From assembly GCA_038043285.1 (NCBI GenBank), contig JBBTCJ010000007.1, forward strand, positions 21,488 to 85,487: 64,000 nucleotides of DNA. Direction: 5' to 3'. The translations under genes and the position numbers were made by a program. The number at the start of each line of letters is the position of its first letter. The stretch's first letter is position 1. Under the pieces are notes generated by a model. That model was not told the origin of the DNA. It saw only the letters and a program-made list of their open reading frames with translations, and made no database searches. This DNA comes from Planctomycetota bacterium (GTDB taxonomy: Bacteria > Planctomycetota > Phycisphaerae > UBA1845). Positions 34,755 through 43,386 of this stretch are shown here, one piece after another.

Positions 34755-35285
34755 TTAGGCTGCTTTCAAGTACTCCCTGAGCTTGGCGCGGAGTCTTCGA
34801 TGTCCGGTTCTTCCGAGCAGTTTCCGCAGTTGATCGCGTTGCACGTCGTCGCGCAGGGCGCTGAGGCGTTGGCTCATGGTCGGCAAGTGCACTTCCACGT
34901 TCGCCTTCCTGGCTTGTGCACCGACGGCGCCCATGCCGTGGTGGGTCAGCAGCAGATGGGCCAGGCCGCACAGGTGGAGGTGTCTCTGGATCGCATCCTT
35001 GCTCAGCACCTGGTCATCGTCCAGCCCCAAGTGGCCCCGCAGATCCTTGAACAGAACCTCAATCGCCCAACGCTTTTCGTATACCGACACGATCTCTCGC
35101 CCCGCCCAACTCGTTTCATTCGTGGCGAAGGCGACCCTCGTCTTCCACAGCGATCCTGGTCGTTTCGAGATCACCAGTCGAACGTCGCCGATGTGTGCCA
35201 ATCGTCCATCGACGGCGGCGATGCGCAGCTTCGCCCGCCCGCGAGCGCGGGGCATGCGCACGTTGTGTCCGGCATACCGAAGCAA
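34755..35285 (-). pseudogene. C-terminal remnant of an IS4/IS701-type DDE transposase
   Basis: Contains the Y-x2-R-x3-E-x6-K signature (VYEKRWAIEVLFKDLRGHLGL) but lacks the N-terminal DD catalytic half. No inverted repeats were recognised. Confidence 0.65.
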
Positions 35286-35430
35286 TCCCGGCCCCAGGTC
35301 GGCGATTTTCTACGATACGCCCCACGTCCGGGTGAGCGTTCGGTTGCCCGTCGTAATGATACTTGAAAGTCCGTGTCCGCTTAACGAACCCCGTCTTCGC
35401 GCCGTGGCGAGGGCGTAGCATGATGGGGGC

Positions 35431-35583
35431 ATGAGAAGGACGCGCATTGCAGTCGAGGATTGGCGTAGGGTTTTGGCAGAGCAACGGGCCGGCGGATTGT
35501 CGGTGGCGGCGTTCTGCCGGGAGAGTCAAGTTCCGCAGGCGTCGTTTTATTTTTGGCGCAAGTTGCGGGATGACGCGACGCCA
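35431..35583 (+). pseudogene. IS66-family accessory protein (TnpA/orfA-like) remnant
   Basis: MRRTRIAVEDWRRVLAEQRAGGLSVAAFCRESQVPQASFYFWRKLRDD matches the HTH orfA pattern of IS66-type elements. The reading frame then runs into unrelated sequence, and there is no tnpB or tnpC. Confidence 0.55.
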
Positions 35584-35653
35584 TTGCCGGGGCTGAGCTC
35601 TGGGCGCCGTGGACACAAAGCGGGGGCGGCGCCGACTGGGAACTGCTCCCGAC

Positions 35654-35749
35654 CAGCAGGCGCTCGTCTTCGACCGGTTCTATCACATGGACAAGGCCCG
35701 TTCGCGCGAAGCCGGCGGCGGGGGGCTGGGCCTGTCGATCGCCAGCTTC
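35654..35749 (+). pseudogene. Fragment of a histidine-kinase HATPase_c domain (G1/G2 box region)
   Basis: ..[32 protein letters not shown].. matches the conserved C-terminal kinase segment (F.RFYR.D.sRsr..GGtGLGLsI). No upstream HisKA domain and no proper end are present. Confidence 0.55.
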
Positions 35750-35843
35750 GCCAACCACCCGCCGATCGAGTCGTTCGACCTGCTGGAACGTCGCGGCCCT
35801 TCCCGCCTCCCCATGCTCCCAGATTCCACGCTCATTCCGATCT

Positions 35844-36800
35844 TCACGCTGGCGGCGCCGGGCACTTGCGAATGTAGTCGAGCAGGTCGGAGAGCTTCGC
35901 GGTAGCTAGGGCGACGCAACTGTCCGCTCCGCCGTAGTAGATGCGGACCGTGCCGCTGGCCCTGTCCAGGATCCAGCCGCAGGGAAACACGACGCCGTTG
36001 ACGTCACCCTGGCGTTCGTAGGGCATCTCGGGGGCGAAGACCCATTCATCGCTGCGGCGCAGGACCCGACGAGGATCCTCCAAGTCGAGTAGCGCCAGTC
36101 CCAGCCGATACAGACACCCCGCCGCAGTCATCCGCACACCGTGGTAGAGCAGCAACCAGCCGTCCGCGGTCTCGAGCGGGGGCGTGCTCAGGCCGATCTT
36201 ATTGGCGTCCCACCAGGCGCCGCGCCGGGCGTGCAGCAGGACGTGATGGTCGCCCCAGTGGGTCATGTCCGGCGAGAAGGAAAGCCAGATGTGGGCGCCG
36301 GAGCTGCCCGCAGAAACCGGGCGATGAATCATCGCGTAGCGGTTGCCGATGCGGCGCGGAAAGATGGCCGCGTCCTTGTCCTCCGGCGGCATGACCGGGC
36401 CCAGCCGGGAAAAGGATGCGAAGTCTTTCGTCCGGGCCAAAGAGACCATCGGTCCGCTGGGTGAGTAGGCGGTATACGCGATGATCCACTCGTCGCGCTC
36501 CTCGACCCAGGTCAGGCGCGGATCTTCGACACCCCAGATTTCTTCGGGGCTGCCCGGGTCGGGCGCGAAGCTCGGCTGCGGATCGATCCGCCAATTCGTG
36601 ATGCCGTCCCGGCTGCGGGCGACGGTCAGGTGCGAATGGCCGCGGCGGTCCTCGACGCGCACGAGCAGAACCGTTTCTTCGCCCACCTGACAGGCACCCG
36701 CGTTGAACACCGTATGGGCCGGGTAGGGCCAGTCGCGCGCGCTAAGGATGGGGTTCTCGGGGTAGCGCTGGAACAGTTCCTCATACCGTTTGTCCGACAT
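35844..36800 (-). CDS. GH130-family glycoside phosphorylase/hydrolase (beta-mannoside type)
   Basis: The ATG at 36800 (AGGA RBS) gives [62 protein letters not shown]. It also has ..GVEDPRLTW.. and ..YYGGADS... These are five-bladed propeller family motifs. Confidence 0.75.
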   Translation of the reverse strand: MSDKRYEELFQRYPENPILSARDWPYPAHTVFNAGACQVGEETVLLVRVEDRRGHSHLTVARSRDGITNWRIDPQPSFAPDPGSPEEIWGVEDPRLTWVEERDEWIIAYTAYSPSGPMVSLARTKDFASFSRLGPVMPPEDKDAAIFPRRIGNRYAMIHRPVSAGSSGAHIWLSFSPDMTHWGDHHVLLHARRGAWWDANKIGLSTPPLETADGWLLLYHGVRMTAAGCLYRLGLALLDLEDPRRVLRRSDEWVFAPEMPYERQGDVNGVVFPCGWILDRASGTVRIYYGGADSCVALATAKLSDLLDYIRKCPAPPA

Positions 36801-39114
36801 GGATTCCTTTCGAGGTCGTGCGCGACGAGTCGGTGGGCGTGCTCGAACAAGCGGGCAACAGACTGGTCTGCGCGGCCATGCGCATTTCCGCCACGGCCAG
36901 CAGGTAGGACAGGGTCGATTCGGCGCCCTGGTTGGCATTTACCTGGTCCGGGCACAAGCCGTCATGACATCCGCCCGTACGGACGTCGCAGAGGGGCAGC
37001 CCCAGGTCGTTGCGACCCAGGAACCACTCGAAGGCCCGCTCGGCCTCGCGGTGCCAACGGAGGTCAGCGGTGATTCGTTGGGTCGTCAGACAGGCAGAGA
37101 CGGAGACGTAGGCCTCGATCGGCTGCTGATCGAAGCGGGCGCGGGCCATGCCGCGCGTGTAAAAGCCGTTGGATCCCACGGACACGAAGTGCCCGGCTTC
37201 CGCTGTTTGCAGGGCGACCAGCCATTCGAGGGTGAGCAGGCCGATCTCGGTAAATTCGCTCTGACCGGTCGCCTCGCCGGCGACGAGCAGCGCCTGGGGC
37301 AGACATGCGTTGGCATAGGTGAGCGAATCCTCAAACCAGATCCAGCCGTCGCGCTGCGACTCGCGAAAGCGGGAGACCAGGCGCTGGGCCAGTTGCTGTG
37401 CGATCTGTTCGGCTGCGCGATCGCCGGCGAGCCAGCGCAAGTAGTCGCGAATTCCGAGCAGCGTGTAGGCCCAGGCGCGGGGCGACTTGAGCTCCAGGAC
37501 GGCGGGCAGGGCCGCGTTGAACAGGTCCACAGCCATGCCACGTAATCCGTGGCGGCTCGTGCGCCCCACGAGGTTCCCCAGGGCCCATAGGGCGCGCCCA
37601 TGGGAGTCGTCCGATCCGATGTCTTCGGTCCAGTGGCGCGGGTCGTACGCCAGGAAATTCCTGAAACGCCGAGTGGCGGGGTTGAAGGCATACGCGACGA
37701 AGGCGAGGTAGCGCGTGGTCAAGTCCTCGATTTCATCGGCGGGGAGTTCGCCGAGCTCATCGAGGTGGGTCATCAGCACGAGGGCCCGGGCGTTGTCGTC
37801 CGTCGTATATCCCTCGTGATAATTGGGCACGGCAAACGTCGCGTGCTGAAGAATGCCGGTTCCATCGGTCAAGCGCTTCAGGTGTTGCAAGCGTGTCTCG
37901 GGCAGTACGTCGCTCGAACGGGGTTGCGGCGCGTAAGCGCGCGTAAGGCAAGGCCGCTCGGCGCGCTGCTCGCGGACGCGTGCGAAGGACTCCAGATACG
38001 CGCGGGCGACGTTGGGCCAGGTCATATCGCGACCGAACAGGTAGGCGCGCTTGCGCATGGTGTTTCGTTCCGCATCGTTTTCGAGGAGCCGATTCACGGC
38101 TTCGGCGGTCGCGCCCGGATCGTTGAAGGGCACCAGCACGCCGCGCCCGTCGGCCAGCAGCTCCTGGGCATACCAGTAGGGCGTGGAGACAACGGCCTTG
38201 CCGGCGCCGACCGCCCAGGCGAGCGTACCCGAGGTGATCTGGGCTTCCTGCGGATAGGGCGAGACGTAGACATCGGCTGCCTCGAGAAACTCCGTCAACT
38301 CCTGTTGTTCCACGAATCGATTGTGGAAGACGACATGCTCCCCGACGCCGAGGTCGCGGGCGAGGCGGCGGAGGCTCATGCGGTACATCTCTCCCTGCTG
38401 ACGCAGGACGTGGGGATGCGTGACGCCCACGATGAGGTAGATCACACCCGGATGTCGAGCGATGATGGCCGGCAGTGCGCGAATGACGCTCTCCAGGCCC
38501 TTGCCCGGCCCGAGCAGGCCAAATGTCATGAGCACGAACTTGCCCGAGACATCGAACTGCTCTTTGTGAAAGCTCGGATCGACAAAAGCGAAGTCGGGAA
38601 TGCCGTGCGGGATGAAGTCGATTTTCTCGGCTGGAATCCCGTACACTTGGCGCAGGAATTCCGCGCCGCGGCGACTCATCACGACCACGCGGTCGGAGAG
38701 TCGCCCTATGTGCTCGAGCACCTTGCGCTGCTCGGGTGTCGGTTCCCGCAAGACGGTGTGCAGCGTGGTCACCACGCGGACCCGCAATTCGGCTAGGACG
38801 GTCAGCACATGACTTCCCGCCGGGCCGCCAAAAATCCCATACTCGTGTTGCAGGTTCACGAGATCGACTCGGTTGTTGAGAAACTGCGCCGCACGGGAAT
38901 AGCCGGCCAAATCGTTCTGCTCGACGGTGAAGCGGACGGGCGGCGGGTATTCGTAGCGCTCGGAGCGATCGTTCATCGCCACCGCTAGACATTCGATCGA
39001 GCGGTCGGTCAGCGCGGCACACAGGTCGGTCGTAAACGTGGCAATACCGCACTGCCGCGGCAGATAGTTGCCTACGAAGGCGATGCGGCGGAATCCATTG
39101 GTGTGCTTCTCCAT
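36781..39114 (-). CDS. GT4 glycosyltransferase fused to a roughly 400-aa C-terminal helical domain
   Basis: The ATG at 39114 gives MEKHTNGFRRIAFVGNYLPRQCGIATFT. The GT-B C-terminal motif is present (SPYPQEAQITSGTLAWAVGAGKAVVSTP). The C-terminal half contains NYHEGYTTDDNARAL and repeated helical W/L-rich segments. The gene overlaps the GH130 start by 20 nt. Confidence 0.75.
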   Translation of the reverse strand: MEKHTNGFRRIAFVGNYLPRQCGIATFTTDLCAALTDRSIECLAVAMNDRSERYEYPPPVRFTVEQNDLAGYSRAAQFLNNRVDLVNLQHEYGIFGGPAGSHVLTVLAELRVRVVTTLHTVLREPTPEQRKVLEHIGRLSDRVVVMSRRGAEFLRQVYGIPAEKIDFIPHGIPDFAFVDPSFHKEQFDVSGKFVLMTFGLLGPGKGLESVIRALPAIIARHPGVIYLIVGVTHPHVLRQQGEMYRMSLRRLARDLGVGEHVVFHNRFVEQQELTEFLEAADVYVSPYPQEAQITSGTLAWAVGAGKAVVSTPYWYAQELLADGRGVLVPFNDPGATAEAVNRLLENDAERNTMRKRAYLFGRDMTWPNVARAYLESFARVREQRAERPCLTRAYAPQPRSSDVLPETRLQHLKRLTDGTGILQHATFAVPNYHEGYTTDDNARALVLMTHLDELGELPADEIEDLTTRYLAFVAYAFNPATRRFRNFLAYDPRHWTEDIGSDDSHGRALWALGNLVGRTSRHGLRGMAVDLFNAALPAVLELKSPRAWAYTLLGIRDYLRWLAGDRAAEQIAQQLAQRLVSRFRESQRDGWIWFEDSLTYANACLPQALLVAGEATGQSEFTEIGLLTLEWLVALQTAEAGHFVSVGSNGFYTRGMARARFDQQPIEAYVSVSACLTTQRITADLRWHREAERAFEWFLGRNDLGLPLCDVRTGGCHDGLCPDQVNANQGAESTLSYLLAVAEMRMAAQTSLLPACSSTPTDSSRTTSKGIHVGQTV

Positions 39115-39385
39115 GTGGTCTTTCCTGCGAGGATGCAATGCCAATACCAACTGGTTCCTGTCAACCGACATTTCCCATTTGACTCGTTCCCCCGAGACGC
39201 TCGCGGGACGAACCGAGTATTGTTCTATGCTACTCGGACCGACCTCTGCTTCAAAACCCTGCTCCACGAGGTATGAGTCAGCGACTTATCGACCTTGCCG
39301 CACGCACAACCGGGGACGTACAATCAACGATTCGCTCCGGGCACGCGGTGCACGGGCAGGCGTCGGTTCGGATTTCGGGCAGAAG

Positions 39386-40015
39386 ATGAATCAGCCGCAG
39401 GAACATCGCACCAACCCGTCGAAAACGGGCGGAACGTCCGCCAATCGCCGTCCTCCCGCGGGGTGGATGGCCACCCACGGACGCGATCTGAAGTTCCTGG
39501 TCATCTTCGGTCTGGTGATGGGCGCCTACTTCGCGGCGACGACCACAGAGCCGATCGGCGGCGATCCCGCACAGCAAAGCGGGTTCTTTCCCTGGTACCT
39601 CAGACAGACGACCACCGCGGCCGTCAAAGTGCTTCACTTCTTCGGCTACGACAACGTCAGCGTCGGCGGCGACAAGGGCAACGACCTGATCGGGCCGAAG
39701 GGAAACATCAGCGTCTCGCGCGGCTGCGACGCCGTCGCCCCGACGGTCCTGTTCCTCGCGGCCGTCCTCGCTTCCCCCGCGCGGCGGCTGTCGAAACTGC
39801 GCGCCGTGATCGGCGGCACGCTGATTCTGATGACCGTCAACCTGCTTCGCATCATCTCGTTGTACCTCACCGCCGTGCATTGGCCGAGGGCCTTTGACGT
39901 GATGCACTTGGACGTCTGGCAGGCGATCTTCATCTTCCTGGCGATTCTTCTGTGGGCGTTGTGGGCGTCCCAGGCCGCCCGCCCCCGCGCGAGGCCAAGC
40001 AGTGCCCCGGTCTAG
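39386..40015 (+). CDS. Exosortase/archaeosortase-family membrane protein (short form)
   Basis: ATG at 39386. Polytopic. Carries the family's catalytic-type landmarks in order: Cys (VSRGCDAVAP), Arg (MTVNLLRIISLY) and His (VMHLDVWQAIF). Confidence 0.6.
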   Translation: MNQPQEHRTNPSKTGGTSANRRPPAGWMATHGRDLKFLVIFGLVMGAYFAATTTEPIGGDPAQQSGFFPWYLRQTTTAAVKVLHFFGYDNVSVGGDKGNDLIGPKGNISVSRGCDAVAPTVLFLAAVLASPARRLSKLRAVIGGTLILMTVNLLRIISLYLTAVHWPRAFDVMHLDVWQAIFIFLAILLWALWASQAARPRARPSSAPV

Positions 40016-40772
40016 CCGATGGTTCCGATGGCTCGCGTTCGTTTTCGGCGCCGATCCGGTCGCCGGTGATCCGCACAGGCCGGCCGCCGTCGTTCGCTTC
40101 ACCCTGATTGCCGTTCTGGTGTACAGCGTCCTCATCTCCTCCACGTCTTTCCAGCGACGGCATGGCGCGTTCTATCGCGCCTTCGGCAACCTGAGTTTCG
40201 CCAGCTTCGGTGGAACCGGCAGCGTATCGTTCTTCGACGCCGCTTCGCCCACGCTGCGGAATGACGTCCGCGACGAGATTCGCCAATGGCAAGCCAACCC
40301 GCGCTTGGAGATACCGGGCGCGCTCCAACTGCCTCGACAGGAGGGCGAGAAGGATACGCTGGTCATGCTCGGCAACAGCCGGACGCCGACGAGTCTCGGT
40401 TTTCTACGAACCTCGCACCGGCTGATGGCCTACACGCCGACGGTGCTGATGCTGGCCCTGGTCGTGGCCACGCCGGGTTCGGTCCGACGCCGCCTCGGGA
40501 TCCTGCTGGTCAGCGCCGTCGCCCTTCATGTTGCGATCTTCGTCAAACTTGCGGTGTTCATTAGTCACGGCCAGTTCGCGAACGCGGGCAAGAAATACCA
40601 CCTCTTCGATCCCAGCCCGTTTTGGCTGGACTTGCTCAGGCGGGCAAACGAGATCCTCTGCATCGATCCGACCTTCAATTACATTTTCCCCATCGGGTTG
40701 TGGGTGCTGGCAGCGGCAATCGTCGGAATGGCTGCCTCGATCATCCGCGATAGATCAACATCACGCGCGTAG
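40002..40772 (+). CDS. Hypothetical polytopic membrane protein, overlapping the exosortase-family gene by 14 nt
   Basis: GTG start with 4-5 hydrophobic helices (LIAVLVYSVLISS, VLMLALVVATPG, ILLVSAVALHVAIFVKLAVFI, IFPIGLWVLAAAIVGMAA). I recognise no family. Confidence 0.5.
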   Translation: MPRSSRWFRWLAFVFGADPVAGDPHRPAAVVRFTLIAVLVYSVLISSTSFQRRHGAFYRAFGNLSFASFGGTGSVSFFDAASPTLRNDVRDEIRQWQANPRLEIPGALQLPRQEGEKDTLVMLGNSRTPTSLGFLRTSHRLMAYTPTVLMLALVVATPGSVRRRLGILLVSAVALHVAIFVKLAVFISHGQFANAGKKYHLFDPSPFWLDLLRRANEILCIDPTFNYIFPIGLWVLAAAIVGMAASIIRDRSTSRA

Positions 40773-40897
40773 AATCAGGCAGGTTGTCAGTTGGATCCAA
40801 GTCGATGGTGGTTAGGGTGAAGTCCGCACAGGCTACCGCTCAAGAGGAGCGACACAATCGCCCTCGGGGTGTTTCGCCGGCTGCAGCAACGATGTAC

Positions 40898-40981
40898 TGC
40901 GGATGAGAGGAATCGAACCTCCACGGGTGTAACCCCACAGGTACCTGAAACCTGCGCGTCTGCCAATTCCGCCACATCCGC
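40898..40981 (-). tRNA. tRNA-Leu (anticodon CAG), 84 nt, CCA not encoded
   Basis: The reverse complement is GCGGATG-TG-GCGGAATTGGCAGACGC-G-CAGGT-TTCAGGT-ACCTG-(long variable arm TGGGGTTACACCCGT)-GGAGGTTCGATTCCTCT-CATCCGC-A. The cloverleaf was folded by hand. The anticodon loop is TT-CAG-GT. Confidence 0.9.
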
Positions 40982-41138
40982 CCGGATACCGTCAGCCACG
41001 CCGAAAATGCACGGCGCGGACCGAAGAGCCATACAGTATCCGCCGGATGTCTGTTGTCAACGGTAGACCCTCCGATCGCTACGACACACGCGCAGTCCAG
41101 AATTGCGGCGACGGCGTCGGGAAATACGCGCCGGGGCC

Positions 41139-41206
41139 GATCCGGACCGCGACAGAATGGAGCGGTCCAGCGCCGACCGCTGGTTATCACTCGCAGTTCT
41201 GAACAC
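41139..41206. repeat. Intergenic repeat, family 2, 'right-end' module
   Basis: GATCCGGACCGCGACAGAATGGAGCGGTCCAGCGCCGACCGCTGGTTATCACTCGCAGTTCTGAACAC parallels 46964-47031 (..CCGCGACAGCATGGAGCGGACCGGGGCTGACCGCTCGTGATCACTCGCGGTTCCGAGAACAC). Confidence 0.75.
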
Positions 41207-41383
41207 AGGTCCCAGCCTCGCCTGAACGGTCACGGCCCCGTGATGGCCTGTACGCGACGAAGCTCCTTGCACGATCGCAAGTTGTCGGCGACCATCCGGT
41301 GGGCGATGGACCGCGCGAGCCCGGGGCGAGGAAGCTCTCAACGCGGCGCGCATCCTGGGAACAAATCGTACGGAGAGTCGCGG

Positions 41384-42562
41384 ATGAAACTTTCTCGGCG
41401 CGTGCTGGAACTGGCGGAATCGGCCACCCTCGCCGTCACCGCCAAGGCGGCGCGGCTCAAGGCGGAGGGCGTCGACGTGGTTAGCTTCGGCGCCGGCGAA
41501 CCCGACTTCGACACGCCGCTCGCGATCCGCCAAGCCGCCGTTGGCGCCCTGGACGCCGGGCAAACGCGATATCCCAAGCCCGCTTCGGGAATCCCCGTCG
41601 CGCGACAGGCCGTTTGCGCCAAGCTCATGCGCGACAGCCATCTGCACTACGTCCCCGACCAGGTCATCATCACCTCCGGCGGGAAGGAGGCTGCCTTCCT
41701 CGCCATTCATGCGTTGATCGAACCAGGCGACGAAGTGGTCATCCCCGCGCCCTACTGGGTCAGTTATCCGGAGATCGTCCGACTCGCCGGCGGTACGCCC
41801 GTTCACGTCGCGGGTAGGGAGGAACGTGATTTCAAACTGACCTCCGACCTGCTGCGAATGTCGTTGACCGCGAAAACCAGGATGTTCATCCTCAACTCGC
41901 CATCGAACCCCAGCGGCGTGACCTATCATCCCGACGAAATTCGCGCCCTGGCGTCCGTGCTGCAAGAGCATGACCTCATCGTGTTCGCCGACGAAATCTA
42001 CGACCGCCTCATCTACGACGGGCAGCAGACGTTCAGTTATGCGGCGGCCGGAGCGAAGGCGTTTGCCCAGACCATCACCGCCAACAGCGCCTCCAAAACC
42101 TATGCCATGCCCGGATGGCGACTGGGGTACGCCGCCGGACCCAAGCCGATCATCGACGCCATGGCCAAGATTCAGTCCCAGTCCACCAGCGGGGCGGCCA
42201 CCTTCGCCCAGGTCGCTTACGCCGAGGCGCTATCGGGCGACCAGGCCCCGGTCGAAGCCATGCGCGTCGAGTTCCAGCGACGAGCGAATTACATGTGGGA
42301 CCGTCTCGGAAAGATGCCCGGCGTGAAGTGCCCCCGACCCAGCGGCGCGTTCTACTGCTTCCCCAACGTCGCCGCAGCCTACAGTCGCCTGGGCGTACAC
42401 GGCTCGATCGAGTTCGCTGATCGCTTGCTCGAGAAGGCTCGCGTCGCGGTCGTCCCCGGCGAGGCCTTCGGCATGGACGCGCACATCCGCCTTTCCTTCG
42501 CCGTCGGAATGGAGCAGATCACCAAAGGGCTCGACCGCATCGAGGCCTTCCTCAAAGGGTAG
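41384..42562 (+). CDS. Class I PLP-dependent (aspartate) aminotransferase
   Basis: The ATG at 41384 (GGAGAG RBS) gives MKLSRRVLELAESATLAVTAKAARLKAEGVDVVSFGAGEPDFDTP. It also has NSPSNPSG and SASKTYAMPGWRLGY, which contains the PLP Lys. Confidence 0.88.
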   Translation: MKLSRRVLELAESATLAVTAKAARLKAEGVDVVSFGAGEPDFDTPLAIRQAAVGALDAGQTRYPKPASGIPVARQAVCAKLMRDSHLHYVPDQVIITSGGKEAAFLAIHALIEPGDEVVIPAPYWVSYPEIVRLAGGTPVHVAGREERDFKLTSDLLRMSLTAKTRMFILNSPSNPSGVTYHPDEIRALASVLQEHDLIVFADEIYDRLIYDGQQTFSYAAAGAKAFAQTITANSASKTYAMPGWRLGYAAGPKPIIDAMAKIQSQSTSGAATFAQVAYAEALSGDQAPVEAMRVEFQRRANYMWDRLGKMPGVKCPRPSGAFYCFPNVAAAYSRLGVHGSIEFADRLLEKARVAVVPGEAFGMDAHIRLSFAVGMEQITKGLDRIEAFLKG

Positions 42563-42569
42563 CCCTTGA

Positions 42570-43067
42570 ATGACCGAGCCTTCCGCGCGCCGTCGTCGCC
42601 TCGCCTTCCAATCCGTCGATGAAATCTGGCCGGAGGTCGATCGACTCAGCGCCGGTTGCACCACGGTCGGGAAATGGTCGTTCGCCCAGATTTGCCGGCA
42701 CCTCGCGGACACGCTCGATGGCTCGATTGACGGTTTCGATCTGAGCAACCATCGCTGGAAACGCTGGTTCTTGCGGTGCCGACTGCTCGCCCACGCACTC
42801 CGCCACGGCATCCCCGAAGGCTACACCGTTGACCCTGGACTGACGCCTCCGCCCAACGTGGCACTGGACGATTCCCTGCGACGACTCCGACGCGCCGCCC
42901 AACGCTACGCTCGGCACGCCGGTTCGCTGAAGCCCCATCCGCTCTTCGGGAACATGCCTCGTGCGACCTGGGACCGCGTGCATTGCGTGCATGCCGCCCA
43001 TCATCTCAGCTTCGTGCATGTGTCGAGCGATTCGAGTACGCTGCCCGACCCGCATGGCCTTCGTTGA
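42570..43067 (+). CDS. DinB-like / DUF1569-type protein
   Basis: 165 aa with SFAQICRHLADTLD ... HPLFGNMPRATWDRVHCVHAAHHLSFV, a four-helix DinB-like His pattern. The family label is from memory. Confidence 0.55.
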   Translation: MTEPSARRRRLAFQSVDEIWPEVDRLSAGCTTVGKWSFAQICRHLADTLDGSIDGFDLSNHRWKRWFLRCRLLAHALRHGIPEGYTVDPGLTPPPNVALDDSLRRLRRAAQRYARHAGSLKPHPLFGNMPRATWDRVHCVHAAHHLSFVHVSSDSSTLPDPHGLR

Positions 43068-43365
43068 ACTCATTCCCTTGTCGCGTTGCCGCATCGGCGG
43101 TGGCACGTTCATCCCCTGCGACATGCTCGAGCTGGCCGTCTTTCGCTTCACCGACCCCGACCGCGTCATCGTGCTCGACAACGCCTGCCCCCACGCCAAC
43201 GGCAACCTCTCCGGCGGCGCAGTCCACGACGGCCTCGTCCGCTGCCCGTGGCATAGTTGGGAGTTCAACCTCGACAGCGGTCAATGCACCCATTCAGATA
43301 AGGCACGCGTGCGTCGCTACGCGGCGGAAATTCGCAACGGCGTCGTCTGGGCTGACATACCCTAG
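43054..43365 (+). CDS. Small Rieske-type protein (NirD-like)
   Basis: The ATG at 43054 gives a 103-aa protein with CPHANGNLSGG...CPWHSWEFNLDSGQC. It overlaps the previous gene by 14 nt. Confidence 0.7.
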   Translation: MAFVELIPLSRCRIGGGTFIPCDMLELAVFRFTDPDRVIVLDNACPHANGNLSGGAVHDGLVRCPWHSWEFNLDSGQCTHSDKARVRRYAAEIRNGVVWADIP

Positions 43366-43386
43366 AAAAGTGCCACGCAGCCGCGG

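Noticed and set aside
37757-39052. 431-aa alternative-frame ORF inside the GT4 fusion gene, and a 398-aa antisense ORF (37600-38796)
   Set aside because: The annotated frame has GT4 motifs and a proper RBS and start. The alternatives are Arg/Pro-rich junk.
40898-40981. tRNA-Leu as an integration hotspot for a genomic island
   Set aside because: There is no integrase, no direct repeat of the tRNA 3' end and no phage or ICE genes within the flanking 10 kb. The neighbours are ordinary metabolic or membrane genes.
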